Part shown: piece after piece, positions 30,398 to 39,108 of the stretch | Layout: every line of letters starts with the position of its first letter | How positions within the stretch are numbered: the stretch's first letter is position 1 | DNA from: Bdellovibrionales bacterium | GTDB taxonomy: Bacteria; Bdellovibrionota; Bdellovibrionia; Bdellovibrionales; UBA1609 | Direction: 5' to 3' | Assembly: GCA_050246815.1 (NCBI GenBank) | Contig: JBFWVI010000009.1 | Coordinates: 1-64,000, forward strand | Length of the DNA stretch: 64,000 bases | The notes under the pieces: model-generated | What the model saw: only the letters and a program-made list of their open reading frames with translations | Told to the model about the DNA's origin: nothing | The model's database searches: none | Translations under genes and position numbers: made by a program

Positions 30398-31855
30398 CTA
30401 CGTCACTTTGATTTTTTCGACTTCAGCCAGATATTTTTTGGTTCCCTCTGGAAGTTCGCGCCACAGTTTGACGGCAAAGAACAGCCCCAGCAGAGTGAAC
30501 GGAATTAAAAACGCGGGCCAATAATGCCAAGTATGGGCCGAAACCAGTGCGCCCAGCACAAATTCTTGAAATGAAGAGCCCAGCTTCGAGAACCCATCCG
30601 CAACTCCGGTGGCGGTGGCGGCGCGGCGGCGGCCACCAAAATCGGCGGTGGCTGTACCCGACATAATCGAGTGAACGCCAATCACCGCCATCATGATCAC
30701 GAGGGCGCCTGCACCCACAACATGGGGATTGTTGCTGATGGTGAGTAGCATGCAAAGAGCCGCGATAAACATCACAACTTGCATCATGCCAGCGACCGGC
30801 GCCCGGCGAGAGTGGAAGAACTTATCGGAAACCCAGCCCGCGAAGAAGGCGCCGATGATACCCGTGACGCAGGCCCACAGACCCCAGTTGTGGGTGATGA
30901 TATCCACGCCCATATTGGTGTCTTTGACGAACAGGCGGTACCATTTCATCACACCGTCACGCAAAACACCTGACGTGAACTCGATGATCCCAATCATGAG
31001 CAAGACGCGGTTTGAAAGTACCGATTTAATCACTTTCCACCATGTGCTGAGGTCGGTGTTGTCGTCATGGGAGGCATCATGGGTTTCAAGCCGCCCAAAG
31101 CCCGCTTCATCGGGCGAGTCTTTGATCAAAATCAAATCGATAAATGCCCACAAAAGCAAAAATCCGGCGGGAATAAAGAACAGCAGCCAAAACGCTGAGA
31201 CCTCGGCCATGTGAAGGCCAAAGAGGCTTTGCATAAATTCACGAAATGGGTAGCTGTCACCTTCAAACTGCACATTGACCGCTCTGACAATGGCTTCGGT
31301 CCAGTCAAAGGCAAAATACACTCCCAAAGAAATAAGCGTGCCGAAGATCGCACCAAAAGTGCCGCGCTCGCGCACATGAAACCAAAAAGATTTCACTTTG
31401 ATCGTCGAGATCGCACCAAAACTTTGAAAGAACATATTGCACGAATAAAGTACCGACAAAACGATCACGATGTTCATGGACACTGAGTCGTGCAAGTAAA
31501 GATAAAGTGCCCAGCCCATCAGTATATTGAAAATCGCAGCACCCAGGCTTGCCAAAATCATCCCCTTTTTGCCGCCCACGCGGTCAATCAGGGGGCCTGT
31601 GGTGAAGAGCGCGGCAGCATAGATGAAAAAACCCCAGCCGGAGATCTGGCTCTTTTGCGCCTTGGTGATGACCTCGGCCGTGGCCAGGGCATCCAGGTTA
31701 TAACGGGCCATGTACATGAAGGCATAGGTCATACCGAGCGGGAACCAACTTAAGAATCGGCGCCACATGAATTTCTTGCTGTGATTCATGGGGTTGCGCA
31801 TGAAATAAAGCGTGATGATGTAAGTGATCAGGCCGCTGACAATCAACAGCTGCAT
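30398..31855 (-). CDS. MFS transporter, organophosphate:Pi antiporter (GlpT/UhpT/UhpC-like) family
   Basis: YAFMYMARYN, GPLIDRVGGK, WFHVRERGTFGAIF, GWVSDKFFHSRRAP and AATATGVADG motifs. Multiple TM helices. Confidence 0.85.
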   Translation of the reverse strand: MQLLIVSGLITYIITLYFMRNPMNHSKKFMWRRFLSWFPLGMTYAFMYMARYNLDALATAEVITKAQKSQISGWGFFIYAAALFTTGPLIDRVGGKKGMILASLGAAIFNILMGWALYLYLHDSVSMNIVIVLSVLYSCNMFFQSFGAISTIKVKSFWFHVRERGTFGAIFGTLISLGVYFAFDWTEAIVRAVNVQFEGDSYPFREFMQSLFGLHMAEVSAFWLLFFIPAGFLLLWAFIDLILIKDSPDEAGFGRLETHDASHDDNTDLSTWWKVIKSVLSNRVLLMIGIIEFTSGVLRDGVMKWYRLFVKDTNMGVDIITHNWGLWACVTGIIGAFFAGWVSDKFFHSRRAPVAGMMQVVMFIAALCMLLTISNNPHVVGAGALVIMMAVIGVHSIMSGTATADFGGRRRAATATGVADGFSKLGSSFQEFVLGALVSAHTWHYWPAFLIPFTLLGLFFAVKLWRELPEGTKKYLAEVEKIKVT

Positions 31856-31937
31856 AGGTCCCCCGGGAAATATTTGGTTACTTTGGAGTATCGGGGGGCT
31901 GCAGTTTAGTCAACATAGGGAAGGGCCACACACCGCG

Positions 31938-32963
31938 CTATTTTAGCGCTTCGCGTAGGTAGGCGCTGGAAATATCGAGCAGCCAGACCACGGCAGCAAT
32001 AACCGCGATCAGACAGCTGACTTGGGGCCACTGCGCGCGCATGGAATACTGGTACAAAAGCGTGCCAATGCCACCGCCGCCTGCAAAACCGATAATAGTC
32101 GCCATTCGCACGTTGGTGTCCCAGCGGTAAATCGTAAACGAGATGTAGGGCAAAAGCACTTGTGGCACAACGCCATACCAGATGGTTTGCATCTTATTGG
32201 CGCCAGTGGCCGCAATGCTGTCGATTGGGCCGGCCTGAGCGCTTTCAATCAGCTCAGAGTATTGTTTGGTCAAGGAAGCAATGGATTGCATCATCAGCGC
32301 CAACATGCCGGCAAAGGGGCCAACGCCCACCCACACGGCAAAAATAATGGCCCAGATCACAGGTTCGACAGAGCGGATGATATTAAAGAGCGTGCGCAAT
32401 GTGCCATAAAGCATAAAAGCCGCAGGATGGCTCATCAAATTTTTAGCGGCGAAGAAGGCCAAAACAAAGGCTATTGGCACGGCCAACAAGGTGGCGATCA
32501 AAGCGATATAAATCGTTTCGATGACTTTTTGCACGGCAACTGCAAGCAGTGTCCAATCGGGTTGAAGCAAACCAAAAAATAATTTTTGCGCAGAGCCAAA
32601 ACCATCCGAGTCCATGAGCTCGTAAAACGAGAATTCTGTCTGGCGAGCCCCCATTAGAATCGCAATTAAAAGAGTTAGCAGGAGCTGCCAGCCCCAGACC
32701 GAGCGCCACAGCGGTGCATGCGCCGTCAGCCGACTTTGCCGAGCAAAAAGCAGTGCGCCTAGAGTGATCACATGAAAACGGTTGGCGATCAGCGACAGTG
32801 TTAACCCCAGGATAAAGCCGGCCAAGAGAACCCAGGCACCGGCAGCAAGGTCAAAATTTTGATTTTGCTCATGAGGGCCAAAAAGGCCCAGGCTCATGGT
32901 CAAAAGGATGGCGCTGTTGCAGCCGTCAAAGACCCATGGTTTGAGGTTAATTGATTTGAACAT
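31938..32963 (-). CDS. phnE: Phosphonate/phosphite ABC transporter permease PhnE with N-terminal membrane extension
   Basis: ETIYIALIAT, IRSVEPVIWAIIF-x3-VGVGPFAG, ATGA and YRWDTNVRMATIIGFAGGGGIG. Start uncertain; ATG 32963 chosen. Confidence 0.88.
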   Translation of the reverse strand: MFKSINLKPWVFDGCNSAILLTMSLGLFGPHEQNQNFDLAAGAWVLLAGFILGLTLSLIANRFHVITLGALLFARQSRLTAHAPLWRSVWGWQLLLTLLIAILMGARQTEFSFYELMDSDGFGSAQKLFFGLLQPDWTLLAVAVQKVIETIYIALIATLLAVPIAFVLAFFAAKNLMSHPAAFMLYGTLRTLFNIIRSVEPVIWAIIFAVWVGVGPFAGMLALMMQSIASLTKQYSELIESAQAGPIDSIAATGANKMQTIWYGVVPQVLLPYISFTIYRWDTNVRMATIIGFAGGGGIGTLLYQYSMRAQWPQVSCLIAVIAAVVWLLDISSAYLREALK

Positions 32964-33723
32964 CTTTGGCCTCAGCCCCGTAAATTTGTTTGAACCAATC
33001 TTGGGTGATTTCTTGTGGTGAGCCAGTGAACACCAGGCGGCCATCGCGTAGGGCGATCACGCGGCTGGCGTATTGGCGGACCAGGCTTAGGAAGTGCAGA
33101 TTGCAGATGACTGTCAGACCCATCTCTTGATTTATTTTTTTTAAATAATCCATGATGGAGTGACTGGTTGCGGGATCAAGGCTGGCAACGGGTTCGTCGG
33201 CCAGTAAAACACTGGGCTTTTGAGCCAAGGCGCGAGCAATGGCCACCCGCTGCTGTTGGCCGCCAGACAATTGATCGGCGCGCACGTAGGCTTTCTCCTC
33301 GAGACCTACCATGCGTAGCAGCTCGGTGGCGATTTGCTGATCTTGACGGCTGAATACGTGCAATAAGCTTTTCATGGTGCTGGTATGGGACAAACGGCCC
33401 ATTAAGATATTGCTTAAGACGTTTTGGCGAGGCACTAAGTTGTAGCTTTGAAAGATCATCGCGACCTGCTGACGCAGCTGCCGCACCTGCTGGCCAGTCA
33501 CATGCGTGACGTCTTGGCCTTTGTAAAGCACTTTGCCATCACTTGGGTCCAAAAGGCGATTCAGACTGCGCAACAGCGTTGACTTGCCCGAGCCCGAAAG
33601 TCCAATCACCACCAAAAATTCGCCGGGTTGCACTTTGAAGCTGACATCATTAAGCGCCCGGACCCCGTCGGGGTACTGGTGCGACAGATGTTGAACTTCA
33701 ATAATGGGTGAGTCGGCGGCCAC
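32947..33723 (-). CDS. phnC: Phosphonate/phosphite ABC transporter ATPase PhnC
   Basis: [47 protein letters not shown] and CNLH. Start reassigned to GTG 33723. Confidence 0.92.
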   Translation of the reverse strand: MAADSPIIEVQHLSHQYPDGVRALNDVSFKVQPGEFLVVIGLSGSGKSTLLRSLNRLLDPSDGKVLYKGQDVTHVTGQQVRQLRQQVAMIFQSYNLVPRQNVLSNILMGRLSHTSTMKSLLHVFSRQDQQIATELLRMVGLEEKAYVRADQLSGGQQQRVAIARALAQKPSVLLADEPVASLDPATSHSIMDYLKKINQEMGLTVICNLHFLSLVRQYASRVIALRDGRLVFTGSPQEITQDWFKQIYGAEAKDVQIN

Positions 33724-33736
33724 TTTTTGTTCCTGT

Positions 33737-34651
33737 TTATTGAGCTGGGTTATTCTGTTCGCTGGCTTCCAGTTCGGCAAACATTTTTCTTGCGGCTTGA
33801 TAGTCTTGATCGGTCGCCGGCTTGAAGCCACTGACCGTGAATGTGCTTTCAAGGGCGGCACGGCCCTGGGGCGTGGCGATGAAATCAATCAAGCCTTGGC
33901 TGATCGTTTGTTTTATTTCTTCAGGCAAGTCATGACGAAAGACGATGGCATCGTTGGGAATGGAGTCTGTTAGCTGCACGATTTTGATTTTCTCAATCAC
34001 ATCCGGGTACTGGGTCAAAACCAAACGTCGCGCATCCTGGATGTCGTTGCCTTCCGGGGGTGAATAGTAAATCGCCCCGGCATCCACTTGCCCCTGATAG
34101 ATCATCGAGATCACGTTGTCATGGCGTTGGGCATAGATGGTCTGCTTGGGTTTGATTTTATTCTCTTTAAACAGGTGGTTGGGCAAAATGTAGCCCGAAG
34201 TCGAAGTCGGATCGACAAAAGCAAAACGCTTGCCGTTGATATCGCTTAATTTTTTAATGCCGCTTTTAACGTGAGCGATAATCGCGGACTGGTAAGTGCT
34301 CTGCCCGTTGCGGATCACCGTGAGGCGAGCCTGAGCCTTATATTTTTGATGGGCCAATACATAACCGTAGGTGTTCAGTGAAGCTACGTCGGCGCGTTTA
34401 GAGCCAAAAGCCTCGACCACCGCAATGTAGCTGGTGGGAACAGAGACTTTGTATTTATATTTGGTGTGAGCCTCGAGGTAGTCTTTGATGGCCTGACCAC
34501 TTTCTTCAAGCACATTGTGCTCAACCGAAGGTAGCAAAAAAAATTTAATGGGATTTTGGGTCGAGCCCAACTCACCTTTGGTTTTTGTGCAGGATGTGAC
34601 GCCCAAAAGCAGCAGGGCAAGGCCGATTGAAAAGGCTTGGCGTCGCAGCAT
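33737..34651 (-). CDS. phnD: Phosphate/phosphite/phosphonate-binding lipoprotein PhnD
   Basis: Lipobox GVTSC, SYIAVVEAF, YQSAII, FAFVDPTSTSGYILP, HDNVI and IPND motifs. Confidence 0.9.
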   Translation of the reverse strand: MLRRQAFSIGLALLLLGVTSCTKTKGELGSTQNPIKFFLLPSVEHNVLEESGQAIKDYLEAHTKYKYKVSVPTSYIAVVEAFGSKRADVASLNTYGYVLAHQKYKAQARLTVIRNGQSTYQSAIIAHVKSGIKKLSDINGKRFAFVDPTSTSGYILPNHLFKENKIKPKQTIYAQRHDNVISMIYQGQVDAGAIYYSPPEGNDIQDARRLVLTQYPDVIEKIKIVQLTDSIPNDAIVFRHDLPEEIKQTISQGLIDFIATPQGRAALESTFTVSGFKPATDQDYQAARKMFAELEASEQNNPAQ

Positions 34652-34811
34652 CGATCACTCCTATCAAGGGCGTCATTCGCTCTTAGCAAACTATAGGGGC
34701 TGTCATCAGAATTGAAGCACTTCAGGTGTTTACGCTCCTTGTCATGGGGCTAAGGTTTGGCCTTTTCTGCCTCAGGAGCTAAGCTCGTGAGATCCAATCA
34801 GGGGAGGGGTT

Positions 34812-36929
34812 ATGATTCAGCGCCATTTGTGGGCAGTTTTGCTGCTCTGTTTTGCGGGGAGCTGCGCCTCAGCCCCCAAACAGGATGCATTTTCAAAATC
34901 AACGGCTTGGCTGGAGGAAGTGGAGGGCGAAAAGGCGCTCAATTGGGTAAGGGCCGAAAATCTGCGTACGCAAACGCGTCTTGAGGCCGATCCTCGTTTG
35001 GCAAAGTTTCGTGGGCAGTTTGAAAAAGTGTTGATGGCCAAGGACCGTATCCCTTTTGGATGGTTTGAAGGTTCTCGAATTCACAATTTTTGGCAAGACG
35101 ATAAAAGCGTACGCGGCATTTGGCGTCGGACCACCCTGGACGAATACAAAAAAACCAAACCCAGTTGGGAAACTATTTTGGATTTGGACAAATTAGCGAC
35201 CACCGAAAAAGAAAATTGGGTTTTCAGCAATGTGCATTGTTTGCCTCCCGCAGAGGGACGCTGCCTGATGAGCCTGTCACGCGGCGGTAAGGACGCAGAC
35301 GTGCTGCGCGAATTTGATTTGGCCAACAAAAGTTTTGTGAGTGACGGGTTTATTTTACCCGAGGCGAAGTCCTCGTTTTCTTGGTGGGACGAAAATACGA
35401 TTCTGGTCGGCACGGATTGGGGCAAAGGCACACTAACCCGCTCAGGTTATCCGCGCCAAGTGCGTGTTTGGCGACGTGGCCAAGATTACCGCAGGCTGCC
35501 TGTGTTATTTGAAGTGAAAGAAGAAGATTTGGCGGCGGGTGCGCTTGTTTATCAGCGCCCCGAAGGTCAATATGTTTTTGTGAATCGTCAGATTGATTTT
35601 TATTCGCAAGAATTTTTTTGGGTGCGCCCCGATTTTCAAGAGCTGCGCAAGATGCCGCTCCCTTTGGACGTAGATGTGATCGGCTTGCACAAAGGTCAGT
35701 TTATCATGAGCGTGCGAAAGCCGTGGATTGCGGATACGGCGGATGGCGCACGCGCTGTTGCGTCGGGCGAGGTGGTGTCGTTTGATTTTGAAGCGTGGCT
35801 AAAAAACGGCAAATTGACTAAGGTCCGAACTATTTTTAAGGCCACCGAGCAGCAGGCTTTTCAGAGTTTGCGGCAGACCGCATCCGCCGTTTATGTCAGT
35901 TATCTTGAAAATGTTCAAGCCCGCGTGAATGAATTGAAATGGCAAGAGGGTGAATGGACTTCCACCCCAGTGTCCGTTGGCGACGGATTGAATATGAGTC
36001 TTTCAACCACCTCGGTCTATCGTGATGACATGATGTTGCGGGTGGAAAGCTTTTTGGCGCCCACCCAACTTTGGTATCGGGGCGAAAAAGACACCGGCTT
36101 TAAAACTCTGCGGAAAATGCCGGACCGTTTTAGTGCCAAAGGGTTGCAGGTTGAACAATTGTGGGCCACTAGTGCCGACGGCACCAAGATTCCCTATTTT
36201 TCAGTCGGCCCTAAAGAAAACAAGGTGACCGCGCGTCCCACTGTGCTTTCGGCCTATGGCGGTTTTGAAATTCCGCTCACCCCTTACTATTCGGGGGGCC
36301 TGGGCAAAGTTTGGATGGAGCGCGGCGGACGCTACATCGTGGCGAATATTCGCGGCGGTGGCGAGTTTGGACCGCGTTGGCATCAAGCCGGCATCAAAGA
36401 AAATCGACCGCGGGTGTATGAAGACTTTATTGCCGTGGCCGAAGATTTGATCAGGCGGGGTTTGACCACGCCGAAGCAGCTGGGAATTATGGGTGGAAGC
36501 AACGGCGGATTGCTGGTGGGGGTGGCCTTCACCAAACGCCCTGACCTTTTTGCAGCGGTGGATTGCCAAGTGCCACTTTTAGATATGATGAACTATCACC
36601 GGTGGCTGGCGGGAGCGAGCTGGGTGGGTGAGTATGGCGATCCAGAGGACTCTAAGATGCGTCAAGTGCTGCTTTCTTATTCGCCGCTGCACAACTTTCA
36701 CGCGGACCGGACTTATCCAGAAATTCTTTTTGTGACTTCGACAAAAGATGATCGCGTGCACCCGGCCCACGCTCGCAAGATGGCCTATTTGATGCGTGAA
36801 AGTGGCAAGCCTTTTTTGTATTATGAGAACATCGAAGGTGGTCATGGGGCTGCGGCCAACTTGAAGCAAAGAGCCTATAAGTCGGCGCTCGAATTCACTT
36901 ATTTCTCACAAAAATTAGGCTTGCCGTAA
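34812..36929 (+). CDS. Prolyl oligopeptidase (S9A), probable lipoprotein
   Basis: WLEEVEG, SADGTKIPYF, YGGF, ANIRGGGEFG, GGSNGG (catalytic Ser), DDRVHP (Asp) and EGGHG (His). Lipobox FAGSC. Confidence 0.95.
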   Translation: MIQRHLWAVLLLCFAGSCASAPKQDAFSKSTAWLEEVEGEKALNWVRAENLRTQTRLEADPRLAKFRGQFEKVLMAKDRIPFGWFEGSRIHNFWQDDKSVRGIWRRTTLDEYKKTKPSWETILDLDKLATTEKENWVFSNVHCLPPAEGRCLMSLSRGGKDADVLREFDLANKSFVSDGFILPEAKSSFSWWDENTILVGTDWGKGTLTRSGYPRQVRVWRRGQDYRRLPVLFEVKEEDLAAGALVYQRPEGQYVFVNRQIDFYSQEFFWVRPDFQELRKMPLPLDVDVIGLHKGQFIMSVRKPWIADTADGARAVASGEVVSFDFEAWLKNGKLTKVRTIFKATEQQAFQSLRQTASAVYVSYLENVQARVNELKWQEGEWTSTPVSVGDGLNMSLSTTSVYRDDMMLRVESFLAPTQLWYRGEKDTGFKTLRKMPDRFSAKGLQVEQLWATSADGTKIPYFSVGPKENKVTARPTVLSAYGGFEIPLTPYYSGGLGKVWMERGGRYIVANIRGGGEFGPRWHQAGIKENRPRVYEDFIAVAEDLIRRGLTTPKQLGIMGGSNGGLLVGVAFTKRPDLFAAVDCQVPLLDMMNYHRWLAGASWVGEYGDPEDSKMRQVLLSYSPLHNFHADRTYPEILFVTSTKDDRVHPAHARKMAYLMRESGKPFLYYENIEGGHGAAANLKQRAYKSALEFTYFSQKLGLP

Positions 36930-36930
36930 G

Positions 36931-39009
36931 GTGGTCATGTCACGTCTTTGGGTCCTCTTATCGTTTCTGCTTCTGATGGTTGCCTGTGCCAGTTTTCGCT
37001 TTGGCAAAGTCGACGAGCCGCCATCTTGGCTAGAAAATGGCAAGGCCCCCCAAACCATCGCATGGGTGCAGGCCGAGAACGAGAGGGTGAAGCGGGACTT
37101 CGCTGATCACGCCGACTTCAAGGGTGTATATGATCGTGTGCTTGATTTTTATGAAAGCGGAACCCGCCTACCGCAGGGAATGATCCATGGCGTGCACTTT
37201 TACAACTTGATGCAAAATACGGCGCATCCGCGCGGACTTTGGCGGCGGGTAAGCACGAAAATTTTTCGACACCACGGTCGTCCAGCTGCCGAGCACTGGG
37301 AGATTCTTCTTGATGTGGATCAGCTTGCAGTCTCACAAGGTAAAAACTGGGTTTTTCAGAACGCGATTTGCTGGAAAATGCAGCGTTGCCTTTTGTTTTT
37401 GTCTAATGGCGGCAGCGAAAACATGGAAATGCTGGAGTTCAGTCTGCTCGAAAAGAAAATCGTAATCAATGGTTTTCAACTGCCTGAGGGGCGGCATCGC
37501 GTGGCATGGCTAAGTGGCGACCAGATTGTGTTGGCGACTAAGCGCGAAGATAAGTGGTCTATAGGACAGGTGCGAGTGTGGCAACGAGGCCAAACCTTGG
37601 CCGAAGCGGAGGTGGTGAGAGGAATTGAGCTGGATAAGGCGATTTTGACGCCACTGACTCAAGGTTTAAATCCGGGTCAGATTTTTTTCATTCGCAAACA
37701 CTCACTTTTTGCTCAAGATTATTTGTTGGTGACCAAAGATCGGCATGTTTTTCCGGTGAAAGTTCCGCCCACCGCGCAACTTTTGGAGGTTGACGCACAT
37801 CGCGGATATTTTTTCTTGAGGCGTCCCTGGCCGCAGGCCGGCCCACAGTTCACTGCTGGCGCGGTGGTGGCGGTTTCATGGGACAACTTGGTTGTGCCGC
37901 CAGAGTTGGTATGGCCCGGTTCAGAAGGGCAAATGGTGGTTGGCGCCAAGTCGCTGAAGTCATCGTTGCTGCTGAATGTTTTGAAAAACCTAAAAAGCGA
38001 GGTGATCGAGCTTCGCCGCAGTGCCAAAGGGTGGGCGGGTGAGACGTTGGGTGTGCCAACTCTCGGAAACGTTACGTTTATTGAAGGCGAAGGAAGGCCC
38101 GATGAAGCGTGGATAGTAAACGATTCTTATTTAATTCCGACGCGTCTAATGAGCTGGCGGGTGGGGGAGAAAAAATTTGTCGTGGAAGCAAAATCCAAGC
38201 CTTCTTTTGCAACCGAAAACCTGGAGCGAATTTCAGATGAGGCGGTAAGTGAAGATGGCACCCGAATTCCGTATGTGGTGATCAAACCTAAAAATTTGCC
38301 TATGGGCGCCAGAACTCCCGCTTTGTTGAATGGCTATGGTAGCCTTGTCTTTTTGGGGCTTGAAACGTATTTGGGCGCAGTTGGTGCAACATGGCTTAAG
38401 GACGGTGGAATTTGGGCTTTCGCCCATGTGCGAGGTGGGCTGGAGCTTGGTCCTGATTGGACCTTTGCCGCGCACCGTGAAAATCGCGCGAAGGCTTATG
38501 CGGATTTGCATGCCGTAGCCAAAGCGATTCATCAAAAAGGCTGGAGCAGTCCTGCGCACACAGGGTTGTTTGGCAACAGCAAAGGCGGCTTGTTGGCGGC
38601 GGCCACGGCGACCACCTATCCGGCCGATTTTGGCGCTGCTGTTTTGCGTGTCCCAATTTTGGATTTGTTGAATTTTTCACGTTGGCCCAACGGTGCCAGT
38701 TGGACAGACGAGCTGGGAGAGCCTCGCTCAGAGAGCGATAGAGCTTTTCTTAAAAAGCACTCCCCCGTGCAACCAGAAAAAGTGGTGGGCAAGCTTCCCG
38801 CATTCTTGCTGCTTACAGCCACTGACGATGATCGAGTTGCTCCGGCTCATGCGCGTCGCATGGCGTGGTTGCTGCAAAGAAACGATCAGAAATTTTATTA
38901 CTTTGAAAGTGAAGAGGGGGGGCATGCACTTTCGAATAATCCCCTTCAACGAGCCTTTCGAACGGCTCTGGAATTGACATGGCTTAAACGCGAGCTGTCA
39001 AAGCCCTAA
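36931..39009 (+). CDS. Second, divergent prolyl oligopeptidase-family (S9A) protein, probable lipoprotein
   Basis: SEDGTRIPY, AHVRGG-x-ELG, GNSKGG, DDRVAPAHAR and EGGHA. Signal ending MVAC. Start may be ATG 36937. Confidence 0.88.
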   Translation: MVMSRLWVLLSFLLLMVACASFRFGKVDEPPSWLENGKAPQTIAWVQAENERVKRDFADHADFKGVYDRVLDFYESGTRLPQGMIHGVHFYNLMQNTAHPRGLWRRVSTKIFRHHGRPAAEHWEILLDVDQLAVSQGKNWVFQNAICWKMQRCLLFLSNGGSENMEMLEFSLLEKKIVINGFQLPEGRHRVAWLSGDQIVLATKREDKWSIGQVRVWQRGQTLAEAEVVRGIELDKAILTPLTQGLNPGQIFFIRKHSLFAQDYLLVTKDRHVFPVKVPPTAQLLEVDAHRGYFFLRRPWPQAGPQFTAGAVVAVSWDNLVVPPELVWPGSEGQMVVGAKSLKSSLLLNVLKNLKSEVIELRRSAKGWAGETLGVPTLGNVTFIEGEGRPDEAWIVNDSYLIPTRLMSWRVGEKKFVVEAKSKPSFATENLERISDEAVSEDGTRIPYVVIKPKNLPMGARTPALLNGYGSLVFLGLETYLGAVGATWLKDGGIWAFAHVRGGLELGPDWTFAAHRENRAKAYADLHAVAKAIHQKGWSSPAHTGLFGNSKGGLLAAATATTYPADFGAAVLRVPILDLLNFSRWPNGASWTDELGEPRSESDRAFLKKHSPVQPEKVVGKLPAFLLLTATDDDRVAPAHARRMAWLLQRNDQKFYYFESEEGGHALSNNPLQRAFRTALELTWLKRELSKP

Positions 39010-39049
39010 AATTAAATTTTGGAAACCTTCTCATTTTCTCAAAAAAGAC

Positions 39050-39098
39050 GCCTCATTTTGAGACCGCGGCTTAAGGTCGAGTTCACTTTATCCGATCA
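39050..39098 (+). promoter_or_regulatory. Palindrome GCCTCA-TTT-TGAGAC followed by a FliA-like promoter for the giant gene
   Basis: Palindrome at 39050-39064 (one mismatch). TAAG (39072-39075)-N15-TCCGATCA (39091-39098) resembles TAAA-N15-GCCGATAA. Confidence 0.55.
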
Positions 39099-39108
39099 TA
39101 TAGACGAG

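Noticed and set aside
39019..39108. Longer ORF-track starts (also 24223, 6455, 33888, 33044, 29532, 30321, 60543)
   Set aside because: These extensions overlap neighbouring genes or promoter motifs. Downstream starts have better RBS, stop-start coupling or signal-peptide placement.
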